64,000 nucleotides of DNA. Source: Eledone cirrhosa (Eukaryota). This document shows, piece after piece, positions 50,601 through 61,700 of this stretch. Position numbers and translations under genes: made by a program. The notes beneath the pieces are model-generated. The model searched no databases. It saw only the letters and a program-made list of their open reading frames with translations, and was not told the origin of the DNA. Within the stretch, counting starts at the first letter, position 1, and each line of letters begins with the position of its first letter. The DNA is taken from the NCBI GenBank assembly GCA_964016885.1, contig OZ024744.1, positions 4,774,001-4,838,000 of the forward strand. Direction: 5' to 3'.

Positions 50601-52554
50601 AAGCAGAGGTCTATCTTAGTAGACAGTGGTGTTGGTACATAGGTCTATGTTGGTAGACAGTGAGGTTGGTAGCAGAGGTCTATATTGGTAGACAGTGAGG
50701 TTGGTAGCAGAGGTCTATCTTGGTAGACAGTGAGGTTGGTAGCAGAGCTCTATCTTGGTAGAAAGTGGTGTTGGTAGCAGAGGTCTATGTTGGTAGACAG
50801 TGGTGTTGGTAGCAGAGGTTTATCTTGGTAGACAGTGGTGTTGGTAGCAGAGGTCTATGTTGGTAGACAGTGGTGTTGGTAGCAGAGGTATATCTTGGTA
50901 GGCAGTGGTGTTGGTAGCAGAGCTCTATCTTGGTAGACAGTGGTGTTGGTAGCAGAGGTCTTTCTTGGTAGACAGTGGTGTTGCTAGCAGAGGTCTATGT
51001 TGATAGAAAGTGAGGTTGGTAGCTGAGGTCTATGTTGGTAGACAGTGGTGTTGGTAGCAGAAGTCTATCTTGGTAGACAGTGAGGTTGGTAGCAGAGGTC
51101 TATCTTGGTAGACAGTGGTGTTGGTAGCAGAGGTCTATCTTGGTAGACAGTGGTGTTGGTAGCAGAGGTCTATCTTGGTAGACAGTGGTGTTGGTAGCAG
51201 AGGTCTATCTTGGTAGACAGTGGTGTTGGTAGCAGATGTCTATCTTGGTAGACAGTGGTGTTGCTAGCAGAGGTCTATCTTGGTAGACAGTGGTGTTGGT
51301 AGCAAAGGTCTATGTTGGTAGACAGTGAGGTTGGTAGCAGAGGTCTATCTTGGTAGACAGTGAGGGTGCTTGCAGAGGTCTATGTTGGTAGACAGTGGTG
51401 TTGGTAGCAGAGGTCTATCTTGGTAGACAGTGAGGTTGGTATCAGAGGTCTATCTTGGTAGACAGTGAGGTTGGTAGCAGAGGTCTATGTTGGTAGACAG
51501 TGGTGTTGGTAGCATAGGTCTATCTTGGTAGACAGTGGTGTTGGTAGCAGAGGTCTATGCTGGTAGACAGTGGTGTTGGTAGTAGAGGTCTATCTTGCTA
51601 GACAGTGGTGTTGGTAGCAGATGTCTATCTTGGTAGACAGTGGTGTTGGTAGCAGAGGTCTATCTTGGTAGACAGTGGTGTTGGTAGCAGATATCTATCT
51701 TGGTAGACAGTGGTGTTGGTAGCAGAGGTCTATGTTGGTAGACAGTGGTGTTGGTAGCAGAGATCTATCTTGGTAGTCAGTGGTGTTGGTAGCAGAGGTC
51801 TATCTTGGTAGACAGTGGTGTTGGTAGCAGAGGTCTATCTTGGTAGACAGTGGTGTTGGTAGCAGAGGTCTATGTTGGTAGAAAGTGAGGTTGGTAGCAG
51901 AGGTCTATGTTGGTAGACAGTGGTGTTGGTAGCAGAGGTCTATCTTGGTAGACAGTGGTGTTGGTAGAAGAGGTCTATGTTGGTAGACAGTGAGGTTGGT
52001 AGCAGAGGTCTATCTTGGCAGACAGTGAGGTTGGTAGCAGAGGTCTATGTTGGTAGACAGTGGTGTTGGTAGCAGAGGTCTATGTTGGTAGACAGTGGTG
52101 TTGCTAGCAGAGGTCTATCTTGGTAGACAGTGGTGTTGGTAGCAGAGGTCTATCTTGGTAGACAGTGGTTTTGGTAGCAGAGGTCTATATTGGTAGACAG
52201 TGGTGTTGGTAGTAGAGGTCTATCTTGGTAGACAGTGGTGTTGGTAGCAGATGTCTATCTTGGTAGACAGTGGTGTTGGTAGCAGAGGTCTATCTTGGTA
52301 GACAGTGGTGTTGGTAGCAGAGGTCTATCTTGGTAGACAGTGGTGTTGGTAGCAGAGGTCTATCTTGGTAGACAGTGTTGTTGGTAGCAGAGGTCTATCT
52401 TGGTAGACAGTGGTGTTGGTAGCAGACATCTATCTTGGTAGACAGTGGTGTTGGTAGCAGATGTCTATCTTGGTAGACAGTGGTGTTGGTAGCAGAGGTC
52501 TATCTTGGTAGGCAGTGGTGTTGGTAGCAGAGGTCTATCTTGGTAGACAGTGGT
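44614..52554 (+). repeat. 7.9-kb tandem duplication, copy 2 (227 monomers)
   Basis: The offset changes from 7,766 to 7,941 bp. Copy 2 has 6 extra monomers at ~47130-47380 and one fewer at ~47900. Confidence 0.9.
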
Positions 52555-55529
52555 GTTGGTAGCAGAGGTCTATGTTGGTAGACAGTGGTGTTGGTAACAG
52601 AGGTCTATCTTGGTAGACAGTGGTGTTGGAAGCAGAGGTCTATCTTGGTAGACAGTGGTGTTGGTAGCAGAGGTCTATCTTGGTAGACAGTGTTATTGGT
52701 AGCAGAGGTCTATCTTGGTAGACAGTGGTGTTGGTAACAGAGGTCTATCTTGGTAGACAGTGGTGTTGGTAGCAGAAGTATATCTTGGTAGACAGTGATG
52801 TTAGTAGAATAGGTCTATGTTGGTAGAAAGTGAGGTTGGTAGCAGAGGTCTATCTTGGTAGACAGTGGTGTTGGTAGCAGAGGTTTATATTGGTAGACAG
52901 TGGTGTTGGTAGCAGAGGTCTATCTTGGTAGACATTGAGGTTGGTAGCAGAGGTCTATCTTGGTAGACAGTGGTGTTGGTAGCAGAGGTCTATGTTGGTA
53001 GACAGTGGTGTTGGTAGCAGAGGTCTATCTTGGTAGACAGTGGTGTTGGTAGCAGAGGTCTATATTGGTAGACAGTGGTGTTGGTAGCAGAGGTCTATCT
53101 TGGTAGACAGTAAGGTTGGTAGCAGAGGTCTATCTTGGTAGACAGTGGTGTTGGTAGCAGAGGTCTATCTTGGTAGACAGTGGTGTTGGTAGCAGAGGTC
53201 TATGTTGGTAGACAGTGAGGTTGGTAGCAGAGGTCTATGTTGGTAGACAGTGGTGTTGGTAGCAGAGGTCTATCTTGGTAGACAGTGGTGTTGGTAGAAG
53301 AGGTCTATGTTGGTAGACAGTGAGGTTGGTAGCAGAGGTCTATCTTGGTAGACAGTGAGGTTGGTAGCAGAGGTCTATCTTGGTAGACAGTGGTGGTGGT
53401 AGCAGAGGTCTATCTTGGTAGACAGTGGTGTTGGTAGCCGAGGTCTATCTTGGTAGACAATCAGGGTGGTAGCAGAGGTCTATGTTGGTAGACAGTGGTG
53501 TTGGTAGCAGAGGTCTATGTTGGTAGACAGTGGTGTTGGTAGCAGAGGTCTATCTTGGTAGACAGTGGTGTTGGTAGCAGAGGTCTATCTTGGTAGACAG
53601 TGGTGTTGGTAGCCGAGGTCTATCTTGGTAGACAATCAGGGTGGTAGCAGAGGTCTATGTTGGTAGACAGTGGTGTTGGTAGCAGAGGTCTATGTTGGTA
53701 GACAGTGGTGTTGGTAGCAGAGGTCTATCTTGGTAGACAGTGGTGTTGGTAGCAGAGGTCTATCTTGGTAGACAGTGCTTTTGGTAGCAGAGGTCTATAT
53801 TGGTAGACAGTGGTGTTGGTAGCAGAGCTCTACCTTGGTAGACAGTGGTGTTGGTAGCAGAGGTCTATCTTGGTAGACAGTGGTGGTGGTAGCAAGGTCT
53901 ATCTTGGTAGACAGTGGTGTTGGTAGCAGAGGTCTATGATGGTAGACAGTGGTGTTGGTAGCAGAGGTCTATCTTGGTAGACAGTGGTGTTGGTAGCAGA
54001 GGTTTATCTTGGTAGACAGTGGTGTTGGTAACAGAGGTCTATCTTGGTAGACAGTGGTGTTGGTAGCAGAGGTCTATCTTGGTAGACAGTGGTGTTGGTA
54101 GCAGATGTCTATCTTGGTAGACAGTGGTGTTGGTAGCAGAGGTCTATCTTGGTTGACAGTGGTGTTGGTAGCAGAGGTCTATCTTGGTAGACAGTGGTGT
54201 TGGTAGCAGAGGTCTATCTTGGTAGACAGTGGTGTTGGTAACAGAGCTCTATCTTGGTAGACAGTGGTGTTGGTAGCAGAGGTCTATCTTGGTAGACAGT
54301 GGTGTTGGTAGCAGATGTCTATCTTGGTAGACAGTGGTGTTGGTAGCAGAGGTCTATCTTGGTTGACAGTGGTGTTGGTAGCAGAGGTCTATCTTGGTAG
54401 ACAGTGGTGTTGGTAGCAGATGTCTATCTTGGTAGACAGTGGTGTTGGTAGCAGAGGTCTATGTTGGTAGACAGTGGTGTTGGTAGCAGAATCTATCTTG
54501 GTAGACAGTGGTGTTGGTAGCAGAATCTATCTTGGTAGACAGTGGTGTTGGTCGCAGAGGTCTATCTTGGTAGACAGTGAGGTTGGTAGCAGAGGTCTAT
54601 CTTGGTAGACAGTGGTGTTGGTAGCAGAGGTCTATCTTGGTAGACAGTGGTGTTGGTAGCAGAATCTATCTTGGTAGACAGTGGTGTTGGTCGCAGAGGT
54701 CTATCTTGGTAGACAGTGAGGTTGGTAGCAGAGGTCTATCTTGGTAGACAGTGGTGTTGGTAGCAGAGGTCTATCTTGGTAGACAGTGATGTTGGTAGAA
54801 GAGGTCTATGTTGGTAGAAAGTGAGGTTGGTAGCAGAGATCTATCTTGGTAGACAGTGGTGTTGGTAGCAGAGGTATATCTTGGTAGACAGTGGTGTTGG
54901 TAGCAGAGGTCTATATTGGTAGACAGTGGTGTTGGTAGCAGAGGTCTATGTTGGTAGAAAGTGAGGTTGGTAGCAGAGGTCTATCTTGGTAGACAGTGGT
55001 GTTGGTAGCAGAGGTCTATCTTGGTAGGCAGTGGTGTTGGTAGCATAGGTTTATATTGGTAGACAGTGGTGTTGGTAGAAGAGGTCTATGTTGGTAGACA
55101 GTGGTGTTGGTAGCAGAGGTCTATCTTGGTAGACATTGAGGTTGGTAGCAGACATCTATCTTGGTAGACAGTGGTGTTGGTAGCAGAGGTTTATCTTGGT
55201 AGACATTGAGGTTGGTAGCAGAGGTCTATCTTGGTAGACAGTGGTGTTGGTAGCAGAGGTTATCTTGGTAGACATTGAGGTTGGTAGCAGAGGTCTATCT
55301 TGGTAGACAGTGGTGTTGGTAGCAGAGGTCTATGTTGGTAGACAGTGGTGTTGGTAGCAGAGGTCTATCTTGGTAGACAGTGGTGTTGGTAGCAGAGGTC
55401 TATCTTGGTAGACAGTGGTGTTGGTAGCAGAGGTATATCTTGGTAGACAGTGGTGTTGGTAGCAGAATCTATCTTGGTAGACAGTGGTGTTGGTAGCTGA
55501 GGTCTATCTTGGTAGGCAGTGGTGTTGGT

Positions 55530-58500
55530 AGCAGAGGTCTATCTTGGTAGACAGTGAGGTTGGTAGCAGAGGTCTATCTTCGTAGACAGTGAGGTTGGTA
55601 GCAGAGGTCTATCTTGGTAGACAGTGGTGTTGGTAGCAGAGGTCTATGTTGGTAGACAGTGAGGTTGGTAGCAGAGGTCTATCTTGGTAGACAGTGAAGT
55701 TGGTAGCAGAGGTCTATCTTGGTAGACAGTGAGGGTGGTAACAGAGGTCTATCTTGGTAGACAGTGGTGTTGGTAGCAGAGGTCTATCTTGGTAGACAGT
55801 GAGGTTGGTAGCAGAGGTCTATCTTGGTAGACAGTGGTGTTGGTAGCAGAGGTCTATCTTGGTAGACAGTGGGGTGGGTAGCAGAGGTCTATCTTGGTAG
55901 ACAGTGGTGTTGGTAGCAGAGGTCTATCTTGGTAGACAGTGGTGTTGGTAGCAGAGGTCTATGTTGGTAGACAGTGGTGTTGGTAGCAGAGGTTAATCTT
56001 GGTAGACAGTGGTGTTGGTAGCAGAGGTCTATCTTGGTAGACAGTGGTGTTGGTAGCAGAGATCTATCTTGGTAGACAGTAGTGTTGGTAGCAGAGGTCT
56101 ATGTTGGTAGACAGTGGTGTTTGTAGCAGAGGTCTATGTTGGTAGACAGTGGTGTTGGAAGCAGAGGTCTATCTTAGTAGACAGTGGTGTTGGTACATAG
56201 GTCTATGTTGGTAGACAGTGAGGTTGGTAGCAGAGGTCTATATTGGTAGACAGTGAGGTTGGTAGCAGAGGTCTATCTTGGTAGACAGTGAGGTTGGTAG
56301 CAGAGCTCTATCTTGGTAGAAAGTGGTGTTGGTAGCAGATGTCTATGTTGGTAGACAGTGGTGTTGGTAGCAGAGGTTTATCTTGGTAGACAGTGGTGTT
56401 GGTAGCAGAGGTCTATGTTGGTAGACAGTGGTGTTGGTAGCAGAGGTATATCTTGGTAGGCAGTGGTGTTGGTAGCAGAGCTCTATCTTGGTAGACAGTG
56501 GTGTTGGTAGCAGAGGTCTTTCTTGGTAGACAGTGGTGTTGCTAGCAGAGGTCTATGTTGGTAGAAAGTGAGGTTGGTAGCTGAGGTCTATGTTGGTAGA
56601 CAGTGGTGTTGGTAGCAGAAGTCTATCTTGGTAGACAGTGAGGTTGGTAGCAGAGGTCTATCTTGGTAGACAGTGGTGTTGGTAGCAGAGGTCTATCTTG
56701 GTAGACAGTGGTGTTGGTAGCAGAGGTCTATCTTGGTAGACAGTGGTGTTGGTAGCAGAGGTCTATCTTGGTAGACAGTGGTGTTGGTAGCAGAGGTCTA
56801 TCTTGGTAGACAGTGGTGTTGGTAGCAGAGGTCTATCTTGGTAGACAGTGGTGTTGGTAGCAGAGGTCTATCTTGGTAGACAGTGGTGTTGCTAGCAGAG
56901 GTCTATCTTGGTAGACAGTGGTGTTGGTAGCAAAGGTCTATGTTGGTAGACAGTGAGGTTGGTAGCAGAGGTCTATCTTGGTAGACAGTGAGGGTGCTTG
57001 CAGAGGTCTATCTTGGTAGACAGTGGTGTTGGTAGCAGAGGTCTATCTTGGTAGACAGTGAGGTTGGTATCAGAGGTCTATCTTGGTAGACAGTGAGGTT
57101 GGTAGCAGAGGTCTATGTTGGTAGACAGTGGTGTTGGTAGCATAGGTCTATCTTGGTAGACAGTGGTGTTGGTAGCAGAGGTCTATGTTGGTAGACAGTG
57201 GTGTTGGTAGTAGAGGTCTATCTTGCTAGACAGTGGTGTTGGTAGCAGATGTCTATCTTGGTAGACAGTGGTGTTGGTAGCAGAGGTCTATCTTGGTAGA
57301 CAGTGGTGTTGGTAGCAGATATCTATCTTGGTAGACAGTGGTTTTGGTAGCAGAGGTCTATGTTGGTAGACAGTGGTGTTGGTAGCAGAGGTCTATCTTG
57401 GTAGTCAGTGGTGTTGGTAGCAGAGGTCTATCTTGGTAGACAGTGGTGTTGGTAGCAGAGGTCTATCTTGGTAGACAGTGGTGTTGGTAGCAGAGGTCTA
57501 TGTTGGTAGAAAGTGAGGTTTGTAGCAGAGGTCTATGTTGGTAGACAGTGGTGTTGGTAGCAGAGGTCTATCTTGGTAGACAGTGGTGTTGGTAGAAGAG
57601 GTCTATGTTGGTAGACAGTGAGGTTGGTAGCAGAGGTCTATCTTGGCAGACAGTGAGGTTGGTAGCAGAGGTCTATGTTGGTAGACAGTGGTGTTGGTAG
57701 CAGAGGTCTATGTTGGTAGACAATGGTGTTGCTAGCAGAGGTCTATCTTGGTAGACAGTGGTGTTGGTAGCAGAGGTCTATCTTGGTAGACAGTGGTTTT
57801 GGTAGCAGAGGTCTATATTGGTAGACAGTGGTGTTGGTAGTAGAGGTCTATCTTGGTAGACAGTGGTGTTGGTAGCAGATGTCTATCTTGGTAGACAGTG
57901 GTGTTGGTAGCAGAGGTCTATCTTGGTAGACAGTGGTGTTGGTAGCAGAGGTCTATCTTGGTAGACAGTGGTGTTGGTAGCAGAGGTCTATCTTGGTAGA
58001 CAGTGTTGTTGGTAGCAGAGGTCTATCTTGGTAGACAGTGGTGTTGGTAGCAGACATCTATCTTGGTAGACAGTGGTGTTGGTAGCAGATGTCTATCTTG
58101 GTAGACAGTGGTGTTGGTAGCAGAGGTCTATCTTGGTAGGCAGTGGTGTTGGTAGCAGAGGTCTAACTTGGTAGACAGTGGTGTTGGTAGCAGAGGTCTA
58201 TGTTGGTAGACAGTGGTGTTGGTAACAGAGGTCTATCTTGGTAGACAGTGGTGTTGGAAGCAGAGGTCTATCTTGGTAGACAGTGGTGTTGGTAGCAGAG
58301 GTCTATCTTGGTAGACAGTGTTATTGGTAGCAGAGGTCTATCTTGGTAGACAGTGGTGTTGGTAACAGAGGTCTATCTTGGTAGACAGTGGTGTTGGTAG
58401 CAGAAGTATATCTTGGTAGACAGTGATGTTAGTAGAATAGGTCTATGTTGGTAGAAAGTGAGGTTGGTAGCAGAGGTCTATCTTGGTAGACAGTGGTGTT

Positions 58501-58740
58501 GGTAGCAGAGGTTTATATTGGTAGACAGTGGTGTTGGTAGCAGAGGTCTATCTTGGTAGACATTGAGGTTGGTAGCAGAGGTCTATCTTGGTAGACAGTG
58601 GTGTTGGTAGCAGAGGTCTATGTTGGTAGACAGTGGTGTTGGTAGCAGAGGTCTATCTTGGTAGACAGTGGTGTTGGTAGCAGAGGTCTATATTGGTAGA
58701 CAGTGGTGTTGGTAGCAGAGGTCTATCTTGGTAGACAGTG
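55530..58740 (+). repeat. Duplicated block matching ~49940..53110 (offset ~5.56-5.63 kb)
   Basis: GTGTTATTGG is at ~52690/~58318 and GAAGTATAT...GATGTTAGTAGAATAGG at ~52775-52813/~58403-58441 (offset 5,628 = 161 monomers minus 7 deletions). GGGTGCTTGC and CTTGCTAG are also shared. Confidence 0.8.
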
Positions 58741-61700
58741 AGGTTGGTAGCAGAGGTCTATCTTGGTAGACAGTGAGGTTGGTAGCAGAGGTCTATCTTG
58801 GTAGATAGTGGTGTTGGTAGCAGAGGTCTATGTTGGTAGACAGTGAGGTTGGTAACATAGGTCTATCTTGGTAGACAGTGAGGTTGGTAGCAGAGGTCTA
58901 TCTTGGTAGACAGTGAGGGTGGTAGCAGAGGTCTATCTTGGTAGACAGTGGTGTTGGTAGCAGAGGTCTATGTTGGTAGACAGTGGTGTTTTTAGCAGAG
59001 GTTAATCTTGGTAGACAGTGGTGTTGGTAGCAGAGGTCTATCTTGGTAGACAGTGGTGTTGGTAGCAGAGGTCTATCTTGGTAGACAGTGGTGTTGGTAG
59101 CAGAGGTCTATCTTGGTAGACAGTGGTGTTGGTAGCAGAGGTCTATGTTGGTAGACAGTGAGGTTGGTAGCAGAGGTCTATGTTGGTAGACAGTGGTGTT
59201 GGTAGCAGAGGTCTATCTTGGTAGACAGTGGTGTTGGTAGAAGAGGTCTATGTTGGTAGACAGTGAGGTTGGTAGCAGAGGTCTATCTTGGTAGACAGTG
59301 AGGTTGGTAGCAGAGGTCTATCTTGGTAGACAGTGGTGGTGGTAGCAGAGGTCTATCTTGGTAGACAGTGGTGTTGGTAGCCGAGGTCTATCTTGGTAGA
59401 CAATCAGGGTGGTAGCAGAGGTCTATGTTGGTAGACAGTGGTGTTGGTAGCAGAGGTCTATGTTGGTAGACAGTGGTGTTGGTAGCAGAGGTCTATCTTG
59501 GTAGACAGTGGTGTTGGTAGCAGAGGTCTATCTTGGTAGATAGTGGTGTTGGTAGCAGAGGTCTATGTTGGTAGACAGTGAGGTTGGTAACATAGGTCTA
59601 TCTTGGTAGACAGTGAGGTTGGTAGCAGAGGTCTATCTTGGTAGACAGTGAGGGTGGTAGCAGAGGTCTATCTTGGTAGACAGTGGTGTTGGTAGCAGAG
59701 GTCTATCTTGGTAGACAGTGGTGTTGGTAGCAGAGGTCTATCTTGGTAGACAGTGGTGTTGGTAGCAGAGGTCTATCTTGGTAGACAGTGGTGTTGGTAG
59801 CAGAGGTCTATGTTGGTAGACAGTGAGGTTGGTAGCAGAGGTCTATGTTGGTAGACAGTGGTGTTGGTAGCAGAGGTCTATCTTGGTAGACAGTGGTGTT
59901 GGTAGAAGAGGTCTATGTTGGTAGACAGTGAGGTTGGTAGCAGAGGTCTATCTTGGTAGACAGTGAGGTTGGTAGCAGAGGTCTATCTTGGTAGACAGTG
60001 GTGGTGGTAGCAGAGGTCTATCTTGGTAGACAGTGGTGTTGGTAGCCGAGGTCTATCTTGGTAGACAATCAGGGTGGTAGCAGAGGTCTATGTTGGTAGA
60101 CAGTGGTGTTGGTAGCAGAGGTCTATGTTGGTAGACAGTGGTGTTGGTAGCAGAGGTCTATCTTGGTAGACAGTGGTGTTGGTAGCAGAGGTCTATCTTG
60201 GTAGACAGTGGTGTTGGTAGCCGAGGTCTATCTTGGTAGACAATCAGGGTGGTAGCAGAGGTCTATGTTGGTAGACAGTGGTGTTGGTAGCAGAGGTCTA
60301 TGTTGGTAGACAGTGGTGTTGGTAGCAGAGGTCTATCTTGGTAGACAGTGGTGTTGGTAGCAGAGGTCTATCTTGGTAGACAGTGCTTTTGGTAGCAGAG
60401 GTCTATATTGGTAGACAGTGGTGTTGGTAGTAGAGGTATATCTTGGTAGACAGTGGTGTTGGTAGCAGATGTCTATCTTGGTAGACAGTGGTGTTGGTAG
60501 CAGAGGTCTATCTTGGTAGACAGTGGTGTTGGTAGCAGAGGTATATCTTGGTAGACAGTGAGGTTGGTAGCAGAGGTCTATCTTGGTAGACAGTGGTGTT
60601 GGTAGCAGAGGTCTATCTTAGTAGACAGTGGTGTTGGTAGCAGATGTCTATCTTGGTAGACAGTGAGGTTGGTAGTAGAGGTCTATGTTGGTAGACAGTG
60701 GTGTTGGTAGCAGAGGTCTATCTTGGTAGACAGTGGTGTTGGTAGCAGAGGTCTATCTTGGTAGACAGTGGTGTTGGTAGCAGAGGTCTATGTTGGTAGA
60801 CAGTGGTGGTGGTAGCAAGGTCTATCTTGGTAGACAGTGGTGTTGGTAGCAGAGGTCTATCTTGGTAGACAGTGTTGTTGGAAGCAGAGGTCTATCTTGG
60901 TAGACAGTGGTGTTGGTAGCAGACATCTATCTTGGTAGACAGTGGTGTTGGTAACAGATGTCTATCTTGGTAGACAGTGGTGTTGGTAGCAGACATCTAT
61001 CTTGGTAGGCAGTGGTGTTGGTAGCAGAGGTCTATCTTGGTAGACAGTGGTGTTGGTAGCAGAGGTCTATCTTGGTAGACAGTGGTGTTGGTAGCAGAGG
61101 TCTATCTTGGTAGACAGTGGTGTTGGAAGCAGAGGTCTATCTTGGTTGACAGTGGTGTTGGTAGCAGAGGTCTATCTTGGTTGACAGTGGTATTGGTAGC
61201 AGAGGTCTATCTTAGTAGACAGTGGTGTTGGTAACAGAGGTCTATCTTGGTAGACAGTGGTGTTGGTAGCAGAGGTATATCTTGGTAGACAGTGGTGTTG
61301 GTAGCAGAGGTCTATCTTGGTTGACAGTGGTATTGGTAGCAGAGGTCTATCTTAGTAGACAGTGGTGTTGGTAACAGAGGTCTATCTTGGTAGACAGTGG
61401 TGTTGGTAGCAGAGGTATATCTTGGTAGACAGTGGTGTTGGTAGCAGAATCTATCTTGGTAGACAGTGGTGTTGGTCGCAGAGGTCTATCTTGGTAGACA
61501 GTGAGGTTGGTAGCAGAGGTCTATCTTGGTAGACAGTGGTGTTGGTAGCAGAGGTCTATCTTGGTAGACAGTGATGTTGGTAGAAGAGGTCTATGTTGGT
61601 AGAAAGTGAGGTTGGTAGCAGAGGTCTATCTTGGTAGACAGCGGTGTTGGTAGCAGAGGTTTATATTGGTAGACAGTGGTGTTGGTAGCAGAGGTTTATC

